A stretch of DNA of 64,000 nt, taken from the NCBI GenBank assembly GCA_964016885.1, contig OZ024744.1, forward strand, positions 32,550,001 to 32,614,000. Direction: 5' to 3'. Each line of letters begins with the position of its first letter. Within the stretch, counting starts at the first letter, position 1. Shown here in pieces: positions 25,501 through 38,935 of the stretch. The translations under genes and the position numbers were made by a program. The notes beneath the pieces are model-generated. The model did no database searches, was not told where the DNA came from, and worked only from the letters and a program-made list of their open reading frames with translations. Origin of the DNA: Eledone cirrhosa. Its lineage: Eukaryota.

Positions 25501-27722
25501 CCCTCTACTCCCACATAGTCCCATCGTGCATCTAGGATACCATTCCAGTCCCCCACTAAAGTAAGGAGCGAGATGTTCCCAGAAAAGATTCTAGACGCTT
25601 AAAGAAGTCTGGCCGTGATTGCGATTGCTCGGTCGGAGCATAAACGGCCACCAGTCTGAAGGCTCCACCTCCAATACTGATCACGTCTAGGACTACCAGT
25701 CTACCCTCCGAGTCCAAGTGTACATGCTGTATTTCGACATCCGTGTTCTTCCGAAACATGACAGCCACTCCACCTCCACCTCCGGGCTGACAGAGAGATG
25801 CGTAGATATCAAAGTCGTCGAAGATGGGGGTTAGGTGCTGCCTGTTGTGGAACCTGGACTCGGTGATGGCTATCACATCTATACTGTGTGACCTAAGGTC
25901 GTTTAAAAGTTGGCCCTGTTTCCAGGGCATCCCTAGGCCACGCACATTCATGCTTCCAACTCGTAAACTAGCCATGTTGGTGAAGAAAAGTTGGAGAAAA
26001 GCGACGAAAAGGTGCACTTACCTTTTCGTTTCCTGGAGATCGGGTTGTTCAATCTCCATTTATGTGCTGGATGGGGTGTTGGGTGGGGTGGGGAAACCTT
26101 TCAACAGGACGCGGTTGATGGGTTTGTGGCAGGGGTTGCCCACGTCCTGTGAAAATTTAATTTTTAGGTCTTTATAGGTTTCCATAGAAACCCTTATAAG
26201 TTTAAGGTATGGAGACGATTCTGCCTTGACGAAAGTTTTGCCTTCCGTCTCCACCTTGGGGTTTTGGGAGATGACCTCCATCAAACTCTTGTTGTTTGTG
26301 TTGATGTATGCGTATTGTTGTTTGTGTTTTTGTTGTGTTGTTTTAGTTTGTTGTTCATCCGGGAGTTTTCTTTTTATGGTGGGTTCTTGTGTTTGGGGTG
26401 GTGTTGGTGCTAGATTTGCTGATAGGGGGATGTTTGACTGTGGTGTTGTTTGTGTTGTTGTTTGTGTCTGTGGTTGCGTGTTGGTGTTGGTGATAGAAGT
26501 TTTTGGGGATTGGTGGTGTATCTTTTTTTTTTGTTTTTTTTTTTTCATTTCCGAGGCTCTCCTTCTTATTCACTTAAAGAAGGAGAAGCAGTTTCAACCG
26601 TCGATGAATAATCATCGTCAGGTGTGTGGGGTAGGGGTATGTTGTGTGGTGGTGGTGTTTCGGTGTGTGTGTTTGTGGTAGGGTTTGATGGAGTGGGATG
26701 GGGTGGGGTTGTGTTCTTCATGGGTGTTTTCTGTGTTTTTTCTGTTGTTGTTGGTTGAGTGGCTGTTTGTTCTGGTTTGTTTGCTTGTTTCGTGAGTTGT
26801 TGTTGTTGTGGTGGTGGTTGTTATGGTATTGGTGTTGGTAACAGTGTTTTCTTTTGTATTGTTTTGGTTGAGCGTGTTTGTAAAGGGCAGGAGGCCTTTA
26901 GGTGTGTGGTGCTATTGCAACGAAAGCAATGTGGTCTTCGTCCCTCAACTGTAATGCTTATGTGGCTGTTGTTGTCCACCAGCACTTTTTCTGGTATTTT
27001 GGAGATTCTTTCCGGTCTCATTTGCACCAGAATCTCCAAATCAGTACCAGACCACGTGTGTCTGGTGACTTTTTGAATGAGCGAATAGTGTCTTTTCTCT
27101 CCTCTAAAAATCCTGCCAATATCCACCAAATATTAATATTTGGTTGTATGTTTGAAACTCATTTTTTGTGTCCTTTTTCCCAGGTATATAGGGAAAAAGG
27201 TGTATTTTTGTGACTGTATTGGCGTCACTAAATATCTTTGTGCAAGGGCCTGAATATCTTTGTGCACCTTTTGAGGTGTACCGAAATACTACCGTACTGT
27301 TTGTCCCTCTGCATAAAGTCAATGTCTGGCAATATCTTTATTAAGATTGCCTCAATTTCCCCTTGACTGAGGAAACAGTTCTGAAGGTAATTGTCCTTCG
27401 AAATGTTTCCAGACTAATTTCTGAGGGTGAGTTTATCTGAAACCCACCGGTTTCCCCGAAAATGATAAACTCCTTTGCTTCAGAGAACATCTGTCTCTCA
27501 TTGAGATATCGAGATCCTTGAATTGTTGTGTCTTGCTGACTGTTTGTACCAAATTTTTTTTGGTGTTTTTGTTGTTGTTGTTGTTGTTGGTGTTGTTTTG
27601 GTTGTCGGGTTTTCCATTTGTAGTTGTGTCAATGGTTTCATTTTCTGTTGTTTTTGGTGTCTGTTGTACACTGTGTGGTTCGATCTTGTTTTTATTTTTG
27701 TTGTTCATATTGGTTTCCATGA
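22574..27722 (-). mobile_element. Tx1/L1-type LINE copy A (ORF1 plus ORF2, decayed)
   Basis: ORF1 ~27720-26018 with CFRC..THLKASC knuckle. ORF2 from ATG 25975: APE (MNVRG, AITE, YAP, SDL), WKLN, RT (SPGLDGLP, DQSKAFDRV, GCPLS) and a C-terminal Zn ribbon. Confidence 0.92.
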
Positions 27723-27736
27723 TGATGCCAATACAT

Positions 27737-27893
27737 GCGGAGTTAGAGGTGGCAGAATCGTTAGAGGGTCTGACGCCATGCTTTGCAGCATGGAGTTACG
27801 GCCCTTTCCATTCTGAGTTCAAATCTCGCCGAGGTTAACTTTGCCTTTCATCCTTACAGGGTCGATAAAATAAATTGACAGAAACTTACCAGT
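27737..27893 (+). mobile_element. SINE family A, 3'-truncated
   Basis: Same head and central domain as the other family A copies. Confidence 0.85.
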
Positions 27894-28410
27894 GGCCAAG
27901 CACTGTGGCCAAGCACCTCTCTCTCCATTCTTATCCTTCTTCCGAAGTGATATCGGAAGAAGTAGACCAGACTATGGCCAGAGAGGAAGTTGCCTGACCT
28001 CAACGGTAATGTTGATGAAGGTTAGATCATCCAGTATGACGCGTTCAGGGATCTGGGCGATCCTTTCGGGCCTCATTTGAACTACAAGTTCGAGGCTCGT
28101 TCCACTGAACGCGTCACCCGATGCCTTTCCCATGGACACCAGCATGTCATCCTCCAGGTCCAGAAAACCTGTCAAAACCCACCATATGTCCATAATCGGC
28201 AGGATGGTGTGAATTTTTATTTTTTGTGTTCTTCTACCCATGTACGTAGGGTAGAAGGTGTATGCGGTGGATGTGATTGGTTTGATGGACAGTTTCACTG
28301 CTGTGTCCCTGTCCTTCATGAGAATGGATAGACTCCCGTAGAGTCTATCCTTCTGAATGAAGGTGATGTCCTTCATGACGTCTTTTAAAACCAGCTCTAT
28401 CTCACTCTGT
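27894..28410 (-). mobile_element. Internally deleted Tx1 fragment (ORF1 piece fused to ORF2 3' piece)
   Basis: 27905-28002 matches 28788-28886. 28002-28376 is ORF1-homologous (RLYGSL, YPTYMG, LVVQMRPERIAQIP). Confidence 0.85.
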
Positions 28411-28416
28411 GATTAT

Positions 28417-28494
<78 letters not shown>
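28417..28494. repeat. (GATA)n microsatellite
   Basis: Direct reading. Confidence 0.95.
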
Positions 28495-28710
28495 TTCTTT
28501 ATTTACCATAAAGGCATAAAAAGAAGAGACAATACAAAGGGGGAGTTTACATAAAACCGAGTAAAAAGGGTATAAAATGAAAGTAATCAAAAATAACCTC
28601 AAAAGGGAGGGGACGTGATGGGGGTTGCACCCCCCCCCCCCCGAAAAAGTGTGCAATCCTTTGCCGTGGAGCACATGGAGGAGGTGCTCCCCTCTCCTTC
28701 ACTTCTTTAC

Positions 28711-31700
28711 CTACAGGATTGTATACAGAGAAGGCCCATTTACACGAGCCATTCTCGCCACTATCACCCACCTTTCATAAAACTTCCTGTGGCCAAGCAC
28801 CTCTCTCTCCATTCTTATCCTTCTTCCGAAGTGATATCGGAAGAAGTAGACCAGACTATGGCCAGAGAGGAAGTTGCCTGACCTCAGACCTTTCAATCGT
28901 GTCCACCAAACAACCTCTTTCAACATGGCTATTACGCACAGAAAAACCGCCTTTGCTTCCTTTGTGAAGAGGGGAGGCGGCTTGATTGTCATCACGGACT
29001 CGGCGGTCAATTGAATCGGCGCCACCCGCGACAGCAGTTGTTCGGCGTAGCACCACAGATCAGCCACGCCCGGACATTGCACCAATGCGTGCGCAGCGGT
29101 TTCTTCGTGACGCACGCATCTAGGGAAAATCTTTTTCGAGGGATCCCTGCCCGGGCGCCCGTGTCTGTAGAGCTTTTCTCGAACGGGTAGTGCACCCCGG
29201 TAGCACTGCCAGGCCAGTGATTTCTGGAAGTTGTCCATTGGTCCCGGGCCGAAAGTCCTACCGAACAGGCTCGCCAGTTCGTCCTCTTCCATGTCCTGCG
29301 ACTCTCCAAGGGTGTCATCGCCCCTGCTAGCCACCTGCCCTCTATAGAATGACGAGGTGGATTCTCCACCGATGGCCGGGTCCGCTTGCCAGAGAGCCCT
29401 GAGCGCCTGGGCACACTCAGTGTGCCAGTCGCCCAGTTTTCCGGATCTTTGCTTGACCCAGGACTGCAGCTCGGTGAGCGAGACGAGTCTCGGAAAGGCT
29501 CGTCTCACGAACAGAGCCCACACCGGTTGACCAGTGAGGAATACCTGTAGGTGCCGTAGCCTTAATGCGTGCCTACGCATCATCAACCACGGAAACCCCA
29601 GCCCTCCTTTCGAAGGTTGTTGGCAGCAGATGGATCTTCTCACCATAGGAGGGCGCTTTTTCCAAAGAAATTGAAAGATCATGCTTTCCGTGGTGGTGAG
29701 GGTTTCCTTAGGGCAAGGCACGACAGTCAGGCGGTAGTAGGTGACGGACGCTATGTAAATGTTCGCCACCTCGGCCCGACCTTTCAGGGACAGCTTACAC
29801 TTGGCCCATTTCTGGGTCAGTGCAAACACCTTGCTCGCAACCTCGGCCCAGTTCTTTTCCACCTGGAGGTCCGGTCCAAACCAGACCCCAAGCAACTTCA
29901 CCGGGCCCTCCGTCCAGTCTCCGACGACACCGTCGTGAGGGAGCGGTCTGCCTCTCCACGTTTCGAGTTGCAGTTCAATGGATTTTTCCCGGTTCAGTTT
30001 CGCTCCTGACAACCTTTCGTATTCCTCCACTAAGGTGCCGATCGCCTCGATCTCCGAGTCGGTCGATACCATTACTGTTACGTCATCGGCGTAGGCCGAC
30101 ACCGCTTTGCTCAATCCTGGTTCCAGGGGGATACCCTGCAACAACTCCAACTTCCTCAGTAAAGGCTCGAGAGTCAATACGTACAGAAGGGAGGAGAGAG
30201 GGCACCCCTGTCGAATGGATCGTGTGATTTCGAACGGCTTCGAAAGGTAGCCGTTCACCTTGATGCTTGAACAGATGTGGTTGCTATGTAAGGCAGTGAT
30301 CCAGCCTCTGAAAACAGGGCCGAACCCAGCCGCCGCTAGCACCGCATCCAGGTAACCATGGTCGACCCTATCGAACGCCTTAGACTGATCCAAGTTGATC
30401 AGGGCCCCACCGAAGCCGGGTTTGTTGCCAACCCTCTCTATGATGTATCGCATGAGGTGGAGGTTGTTGTGAATGGACCTGGATGGGATAGCACATGTCT
30501 GCGCATCTCCCACCAGGCTACCCACGGCAAGCGCCAACCTCTTTGCTAACACCTTGGCCAAAATCTTTAACTCTGTGTTTAGCAGGGTTATGGGCCGAAA
30601 ATTATTTATACTATCCCCCTTGTTCTCGTCCTTCCTCACCAGCGAGACTACGCCCTTGGCTACAGAACAAGGAATTCTTCCGTTCTGCTGCCAATTGCCG
30701 TAGACTGCTTCGAGGAGTTCGGAGAAGAAGACCGGCATTGCCAAATAAAGTTCTTAAGGTATACCATCGAGACTTGAGATTTGCGTTTGCTGCATTGGCT
30801 CAGCGCATCCCCGATCTCATCAGCCGAGATTGGTTCCTCGCAGGATTCTGCCTCTTCGCTCGAGAGATGCGGCAGGCCGTCGAGGTATGGACCGAAATCC
30901 ACGTCCCCGCCTGGACCCCCGCCTACCCCGAACAATCGGGCAAAATGCCTTTGAAAGGCCTCGCACATCTGCTTAGGTTCCCGGATCACCCGTCCATCCT
31001 CGTCTTGCAAAGACTGGATGGTGGATCGATTTCCACTCTTAGCTTCTGTCACGCGGGCCCAGCCAACGGCTTTAGCTCCTCATTACCTAGAGCACGCATT
31101 TTACTTCGAATGACGCAGCCTTCGTGCTTTGCATCGAAAAACTGGTTCAAGGCCGTCCTCGATGCCAGCACTCTGGCCACATCTTCGCTCTTGATTGCCT
31201 CTTCTAATTTACCTCTTAATTCTTTCTCGTTCCTATTCCTACCAGCAGCTAACATCTTGCTATAACTTATTGATTCTGTTCTAATCTCTCTTTTGAGAAA
31301 TGCCCACCATCGGTTGTTGACGATTGCACCCGTCAACCTCTCCTTAACTAATCTGCTAATTCGGTCTCTGTAAGCCTCTTTTGCCGGTAAAGACGAATTA
31401 AGTTTCCAGTAACCGGGACACTGTCTATGTGTTCTCTCAAGGTTGACTATGCAGGTCACTAATTTGTGATCTGTATAGCCAAACGTGAGCATTTCTGGAC
31501 AGCTTAATATGTCCCTATCCTTACTTCTAACTAAGAATCTATCTAAGTACGATCTAGATTGACCACTGTGGTTCGTCCAAGTCCATGTTGGCACAGCTTG
31601 AAAATCTAGTATTTATCTATCGAACAAGTTAAAACGGTCGAGTAACCCCTTGAGGCTGTTACACCCCCCTCTATTAGGACATGCTCCTGCATAGTCCTAA

Positions 31701-32146
31701 CGTGCATCTAGGATGTCATTCCAGTCCCCCGCTAGAAGCAGGGAACGCGACGTTCCCAGAAAAGTCTCCAGACGCTGGAAGAAGTCGGGTCATTCAGCTC
31801 CGAAAGGGGAGTAGACGGCGACCAGTCTCAAGGCCGCACCTCCACTACTGCCAACGTCTAGCACCAACAAACGACCTTCCGGTTCCGAGTGAACCACCTG
31901 TACGGCGAGACCCAGGTGTTTTTCCAGCAGTACGACAACCCCACCCCCACCTCCAGGTTGACAGAGAGATGCGTGCACCTCAAAGTCATCGAAGGTAGGG
32001 GCCAGCTGCCGCACGACGCTGATCCGAGTCTCACAGATAACCATTACATTTATACCACGTGACCTGAGGTCATTTAGAAGCTTTGCTTGCTTCCAAGTTT
32101 AGCCCAGGCCACATGCATTCAAACATCCTACTCTTAACACATCCAT
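28711..32146 (-). pseudogene. Tx1 ORF2 (APE-RT-Zn ribbon) with stops and frameshifts; the 677-aa RT/C-terminal part is open
   Basis: NFRPITLLN, DQSKAFDRVDH, SIRQGCPLS, AYADD, GGLG, PRC...ET..H..V.C. Confidence 0.92.
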
Positions 32147-32179
32147 GTGGGCGGCAAAGCCAAAGGAGAGTATAGAGAC

Positions 32180-33884
32180 TTACCTTTCTGCTTTCCGGGG
32201 TTCGGGTCGCACGACTTCCATGGGGTCGGGGGTGTTGGGTGAAGGGGTGTCTTGTGGTGGTGTGGGGTCGTCAGTGTGTGGTGGGGTTGGGGTGTTTGGA
32301 GTTGTGTTGGGAAGGGGAAGGGGAGGGGGGAAAGCTTTTTAGGAGGACGCGGTTTATGGGTTTGACAGAGGGTGGTCCTACGTCCTTCTTAAAATCCTTT
32401 TTTAGTTTTTGGTAGAGGTTCATTAGGATCTTTATTAATTTTAAATGTGGGTAGTTTTCTGAAGAAACAAAGTTAACCCCTTCGGTTTATACCGAAGGGT
32501 TATTGTTTATGAGCTCATTTAATTTATTATTGTTTCTGTTGATGTAAGTATAGTGTAATGTCTTTTTTTCGGATGGTGTGAGTGTTTCGAAGAGGGGAGG
32601 GGCAGGATTGGTTTTGTTTGTTGCTGGAGGGGTGTTTTGTGTTTTGTTGGATTGTGTTGACATTTGGGTAGGGGCTGTTTGGCCTTGTGTGTTTTGCACA
32701 TGTTTTCCTTTTTTCCTTTTAATCTGTCTGAAGGACTCCGTTTCTTCCTCCGAATTCGTTGGGTTATCTTCAGTGTTGGAGGGAAGAGGTATGTTTGCTG
32801 GTAATGTTTCCGTGTTGGTTTTCTTTGTGGGGGAGATGGATGTCACTATGTTAGACTGTGTTGTGTGTTGTGGCTGCGGTGGTTGTGTTGTTTTATTGAG
32901 TGAGGGGTTGGGTGGGCCTGTATTTTGTTTTGGGGTAATGTGTTGTGACTGTTTGTGTTGTGGTGGTTGTGTAGCTTTACTGAGGGACGAGTTGGGTGGG
33001 ACTGAGTTTTGTTGTTTGTTTATCTGTTGTGGTGGTGGTGGAGCTGTGTTGGTAGCAGGGTTTTCTTCTTGTTGAGTTGGGGACAAGCCGCCTTCAGGTG
33101 CCCTCTGCCTGCACAGATATGACAGGACGGCCTTCTCCCCTCCACGCTAATGTTTATATACCCGTGGCCCTCTAATAGGATTCTGTCGGGTATTTGGGCG
33201 ATGCGTTCAGGCTTCATTTGCACTACAAGTTCTATACCTGTTCCACGGAACGCATTGTCTGTGGTTTTCCCAATGGAAATCACGTTGTCATTCGCTGGAT
33301 CGATGAAGCCTGCTATGAGCCAGCAGTAGTCCACATCTGGCATAATCGCATCCAGCCATATGCGCTGAGTTCTTTTACCCATATAAGATGGATAAAAGGT
33401 AATATTTGTCGAACGAATCGGCGACAAAGCATATTTTACTGCCGCTAATTTTTTCTTCATAATAATGGCTAGGCTTCCATACAGCCTGTATCTTCTTATG
33501 AAAGTGGCTTCATTAAGTACTTCTGTAAGTACTGCTTTAATTTCTGCTTGTGTTAGTTGTTGAGGTTTTTGTGAGATGTTGTTGATGGTGCGGAAAACGA
33601 CCGTCCGACTTTCAATATCTTTGGTGAGTTCTTGGGGCATTTTTACCGATAAGGTTCCATTTTCCCCTTGAGTTATGTATTGTTTGGGTTTTTTTATTCT
33701 TTGTGCCACATCTGAAATATTTCTTTGTTGTTTGTGCAAATGAAATATTATTGGTGTTGACTTTGTCGTCTGTTTTGCTTTCTGTTATGATGTTGTTTTC
33801 AAATGTTATTTTTGTGTTTGTTGTTTCTTTGTTTGTGGTATTAATATTGTCATGCAATTCTTTCAAATTTTTGTTGTTGGACAC
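32180..33884 (-). pseudogene. Tx1 ORF1 (RRM-like region, CCHC knuckle, P/Q/T/N-rich tail), frameshifted
   Basis: ORF pieces 33612-33884, 33020-33739 and 32487-33086, homologous to copy A ORF1. Confidence 0.82.
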
Positions 33885-34293
33885 AATCTCCAGATTTATG
33901 TTTTCGTCATTTTTCTCCGCACATTCGTCTGTTTTTATTTTATTTTTCTTTCCTTCTCTATGACGTTAGTTGGGAAGGAAGGGGGGGGACTAAAGCCTGC
34001 GAGCTTACAACTCTTACCGCTGTCGCCCACCACTATTTTCGTTAGCTTCGTTTAACATTTCTGCCAGACGATTGAAATTTTATGCCACAAAATTTTTAAA
34101 TACAGGTTTTTCCACCCCTGGGAGGGGCGAAGATGAGCTGACCCACCGCCTGACAGTTCAGACGGGGGGTCAAGCTACACAATAGTATCAAAATTAAAAT
34201 TAAACTTACAAAATTTCCGCAATAAATTGGAACAAAGCTTCTGCGCGAAGTGAATTACGTCTCCGCTGTCGAACAGACGACATCTAGATTGGT

Positions 34294-34408
<115 letters not shown>

Positions 34409-34429
34409 ATTTACAGACAGATATATAGA

Positions 34430-35027
34430 TATCTTTCTTTATTTGCCACAAAGGTGCACAAGAAATGAGACATTACAAGACGTGACGGCGAGGTTTTACA
34501 AATAATGGCGTAAATATATTTAACAATTATAAATAAACAACCGAAATGCCCAATAGGGGGAACGTTACTGCATGGTTGTTTTACACCCTGTAGATACAAC
34601 AACCCTCAACACCAGGAGCATGCTATGTAGGTGCTCCTGTCTTCTCTTTTGTTTTTATTCAACCTACAGGTTTATATACAGAGGAGGCCCCTTCACTCGG
34701 ACCATTTTCGCCACATTCACCCATCTTTCAGTGAATTTACTGTAGCACCTTTCTCTCCACTCTCACCTTCCTTCTGAAGTGGTATTTAAGGAGAGGGACG
34801 TGTTGCTGTCCGGAGAGGAAGGTGTTTGTCCTCAGTCCTTTTAATCTCGTCCACCATATAACTTCTTTCACCATAGCCACCAGACAGAGGAAAACTGTCT
34901 CTCCTTCGGTGTTAAATGAAGGCGGTGGGGTGATCCTGACAATGGACTCGGCTGACAACTAGATTTGTCCCACGCTTGACACTAGCTGCTCGATATAATT
35001 CCACAGGTCGGTTACCCCTGGGCACTG
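34430..35027 (-). mobile_element. 5'-truncated Tx1 copy C (ORF2 C-terminus plus 3' UTR)
   Basis: AESIVRITPP..VFLCLVAMVKEVIWWTRLKGL is homologous to copies A and B. AATAAAGAAA end next to (TCTA)n. Confidence 0.88.
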
Positions 35028-35043
35028 ATGGAGCCTATTTCTC

Positions 35044-35150
<107 letters not shown>

Positions 35151-35585
35151 GGGAGTGGAGAAAGAGTGAGAGATAAGCAAAGTTGTACACGAAAACCATG
35201 ATACGGAAGACAACCATATTTTTAAAAAATCAATCTTTTCTTCGTCAGCCATCCCATGGAAAATATACTACGTATTATATTTGTAGTTGGGTGTTGACTT
35301 ATACGCATACCAGTAAGATATTTGCTTTTTGACGAGCGTCTGAATTCAACAGGTAACTATAAGCAATCACTGATTACATTTCCCACGGCAGGTAATCATA
35401 ATATATTTAACATAATCAGTGAGTGTTTGTAAGTAAAAATATATTTACCTTGATCAAATATAACATTCAATAGCAAAAATAACATACACACAACACATTC
35501 AAGCAGACACACACACACACATATATATTTATATATATATATTTATATACATACATACATATATATATACATACATACATACATG

Positions 35586-35641
<56 letters not shown>

Positions 35642-35657
35642 CAGATATACACATATA

Positions 35658-35788
<131 letters not shown>

Positions 35789-35959
35789 TCTCACGACCCT
35801 CCCAGCAACAGAATAAAAGTAAACGTGTACTACAAACCTAAGTCAGCTAGAACCCAGCGTGCAGCAAGGCTTACGCAAACATTATTTTCTTTTATCTATA
35901 AATCATATTTGCATTAAATTAAAGCACTTTTTTGATTTTTGAAGTTTATCATTTTACCA

Positions 35960-36441
35960 TGAATCATGCATCTATGCTGTAATCAAAAGGAGGGAGGTAG
36001 GCTGAAATCTAAACTCGCTATCTCCAGTTCGGTTTTCGTGCCAACCCATACCTATGGTCATGAATCCTGAGTAATGATCAAGAGAATACGGTTGAGAACA
36101 CAAGGGGCCGAAATAGGGTTCCTATGAAAGGTCTTGGGAGTAATGTTACTTGAATAGAGTGTGTAGCTCTGAGATCAGAGAGTTACTCCAGGTAGAGCCG
36201 CCACTTCTCTGAATTAAGAGATCACAGCTCTGATACTGTGGACATGTGGTTAGAATGTCTCAGTAAAGAATCACTGGACATATTTTACAGGCAAAACCAA
36301 CTTGTAGGAGACCCAAGGGTAGACCCCGAGCAAGATAGTTGAATAACATCTAGGCGCTTGGATGGTCACGCATGGAGTTCCAGCTGGATCACTTGGAGAT
36401 GGTTGTTTATGACAGGACCCTCTGGAGGGAGTGTTTTAGGT
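35960..36441 (+). mobile_element. Expander/Rex3-like RTE LINE 3' fragment
   Basis: PT.TYGHES*VM..RIR.R.Q.AE.GFL, SQL..GHV.RM, RPKGRPR.R. Related to 38290-38935 (-). Confidence 0.75.
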
Positions 36442-36602
36442 AGAAGAAGAAGAAGAAGAAGAAGAAGAAGAAGAAGAAGAAGAAGAAGAAGAAGAAGAAG
36501 AAGAAGAAGAAGAAGAAGAAGAAGAAGAAGAAGAAGAAGAAGAAGAAGAAGAAGAAGAAGAAGAAGAAGAAGAAGAAGAAGAAGAAGAAGAAGAAGAAGA
36601 AG

Positions 36603-36632
<30 letters not shown>
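36442..36632. repeat. (GAA)n microsatellite at LINE 3' end
   Basis: Direct reading. Confidence 0.95.
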
Positions 36633-36633
<1 letters not shown>

Positions 36634-37648
36634 TCATTTTATCTGCTTAATATATCTCGCAAGAAGTAAACTCACACATGTCCTCGGCATAATCCGTTAG
36701 TTTTTGGTGTAAGAAATGTAAATTCTAATGTTCATAGCAGTACCGTGTTTAATGTACTGTGCGTAATATTAATATTATGAATAATATATTTCATATAATT
36801 GTGTTAATATCACATATCTAATTTGTACGTATTAAATAAGAACATTGGATTAAATAAAAGGGAAAGTTTGTATGATTCATTCGAAAATGTTATTTAACAT
36901 AATATATATGCTCAATTGCGTAGTATCTGCTGATAATACGTAATTTTTCTCTTACAGCGGTCCTCATCTATTTGTTAGACGTCATGTGTCATGATAACGT
37001 ATAACTGCTAGATTTATTATCAGAGCAATACACGCTAATATGCACACACTAATGATCTATGTATTGAGTGGGGTATTAATCTGCCGAGGACGTGCAATTG
37101 CCAAATTGCGTAATATCTGCTGATAATACGCAATTTTCTGCACACTGCAGTTTAATAACTGTTGAGCAGAATATTGCACAGAAACAGAATACGTCCAGAA
37201 GCTAGATACACACTCATTGCACTTTCTATTTAACTATCATATGTGCACTCTGAATATTGAGATGCAGTTTCACAACTGCAACCTTAATGATTCATTGAGT
37301 GAGGGTTTCGTGGCCGCAGATCGCTGAAATAACATCAGTGACTTTCGTAAACCCTGTTCGTATATATATATATACGGGGATGGTGAGGCGTAACTACAAC
37401 AGGCTGCCATCATCTCTGGGTAAAAAAATATGCACACTTTTTTCTTCTCTTTTTTTTCTTTGCTTTTTTCCTAAGAGCCTCTTGGAGTGAGTTTGCCATA
37501 ATTCCTTTGGCATACAACTATTATGCAGTTTACACTTGAAGGTGTCACCAGGTTCGTACGCAGCTTAACCACTGAAATGTGCATAGTGTTTGCAGAAATA
37601 AATAATTAAGGGAATTCAACCAGTCCAGACTCCTGTCATTTTGCTTTA

Positions 37649-37715
<67 letters not shown>

Positions 37716-37784
37716 TGATGGATATATATATATATATATATATCCTGATGGCCTCCAAAAACAACGGTCAATTTTTAAAAGGGG

Positions 37785-38016
37785 TACGTCAATGTCTATT
37801 TATAAAACTGTTATATATTGTATTTTGTCTGATGAAGGCATACCATAATGTAACTTGGTATCCTTGAAATATATAGAATGATATAAATATGGTTTTATCA
37901 ATATAGTTTCCATTTATTAATATCGTATATCTACTCCAAATATTTGTCGAGTGCTTTATATCAGGTATAAACATATTTGCTTGTTGTATCCCAACAATTT
38001 AAATAAAAACTTTTGC
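37785..38016 (+). mobile_element. Non-coding hammerhead-bearing repeat (same family as 2325-2712)
   Basis: Hammerhead at 37825-37880: CTGATGA AGGCATACCA taatgtaact TGGTATCCTT GAAA TATATA. Shared 3' end ...CCCAACAATTTAAATAAAA. Confidence 0.75.
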
Positions 38017-38059
38017 ATATATATACATATATATACATATATATATATATAATATATAT

Positions 38060-38120
38060 TAACATAACAGTTTTTTTCCAACCGTCCCTTTTCCACGAAC
38101 TTTTTCAAGCACCCTCGTGT
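38060..38120 (-). mobile_element. Possible solo mariner-type terminal inverted repeat
   Basis: Reverse complement ACGAGGGTGCTTGAAAAAGTTCGTG next to (TA)n. No partner TIR seen. Confidence 0.35.
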
Positions 38121-38140
38121 ATATATATATATATATATAT

Positions 38141-38241
<101 letters not shown>

Positions 38242-38289
38242 TACTCGAAATCGAGTAATGCCATCTTTTGATACTTAACTTACGAATGA

Positions 38290-38935
38290 ACATCATGGAC
38301 GTGGCTTTTTAGTCCTGCTAGAGACTTGTCTATGGCCAGCAATACCATGCATCGCAAAAAAATGTATCCAACCATCTTGTACGGTGTCTACCCCTGGGTC
38401 TCTTGCCGGTTGGTTTTGCCTGTAAAATCTGTCCTGAGATTGTTTCCTGAGACATACTAACCGCATAGCCATAGTATCGGAGCTGTGATCTCTCAATTTG
38501 GAGAAGTAGCATCTCTGCCTGGAATGACTCTCTGATCTCCGAGTTACGCACTCTATCGAGTAACGTTACACCAAAGACCCTTCGGAAGAACCCTATTTTG
38601 GCTACTTGTATACGCGATCGTATTCGCTCGGTCATTATCCAAGAATCATGACCATAGGTAAGGGTTGGCTCGAAAACCTAATTGAATTTAGCGAGTTTGG
38701 CTTTCTTTTACGCCTACTTCCCTTGTGGTTACTGAATGCTGAAGCTGACGTATTACAGCACCAGCTTTTACAATTCCTGCACTTAATTCAGCCGCCTGCC
38801 TTCCATCACTCTTGAACACGGCCCAAGATACTTGAACTCCTTTACTTGTTTCAGTGGAACTCCATTCCCATGTAAGATGCACTGCGCAGGACGAGTTTCT
38901 CAGTTTTCGCAGCACTGATTTTCATTCCAGCCAAA
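38290..38935 (-). mobile_element. Expander/Rex3-like RTE LINE 3' fragment
   Basis: FKYLG..F.SDG, MTERIRSRIQVAKIGFFRRV.GVTLLDRVRNSEIRE..IERSQLR..G...RPRGR.RTRW. Confidence 0.85.

Larger units (their letters stand above)
28495..34292 (-). mobile_element. Full-length Tx1/L1-type LINE copy B flanked by (GATA)n on both sides
   Basis: 5' UTR, ORF1 ~33884-32180 (CHIC..GHLKAAC), ORF2 32146-28711, and a 3' UTR with AATAAA abutting (TCTA)n. Confidence 0.93.
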
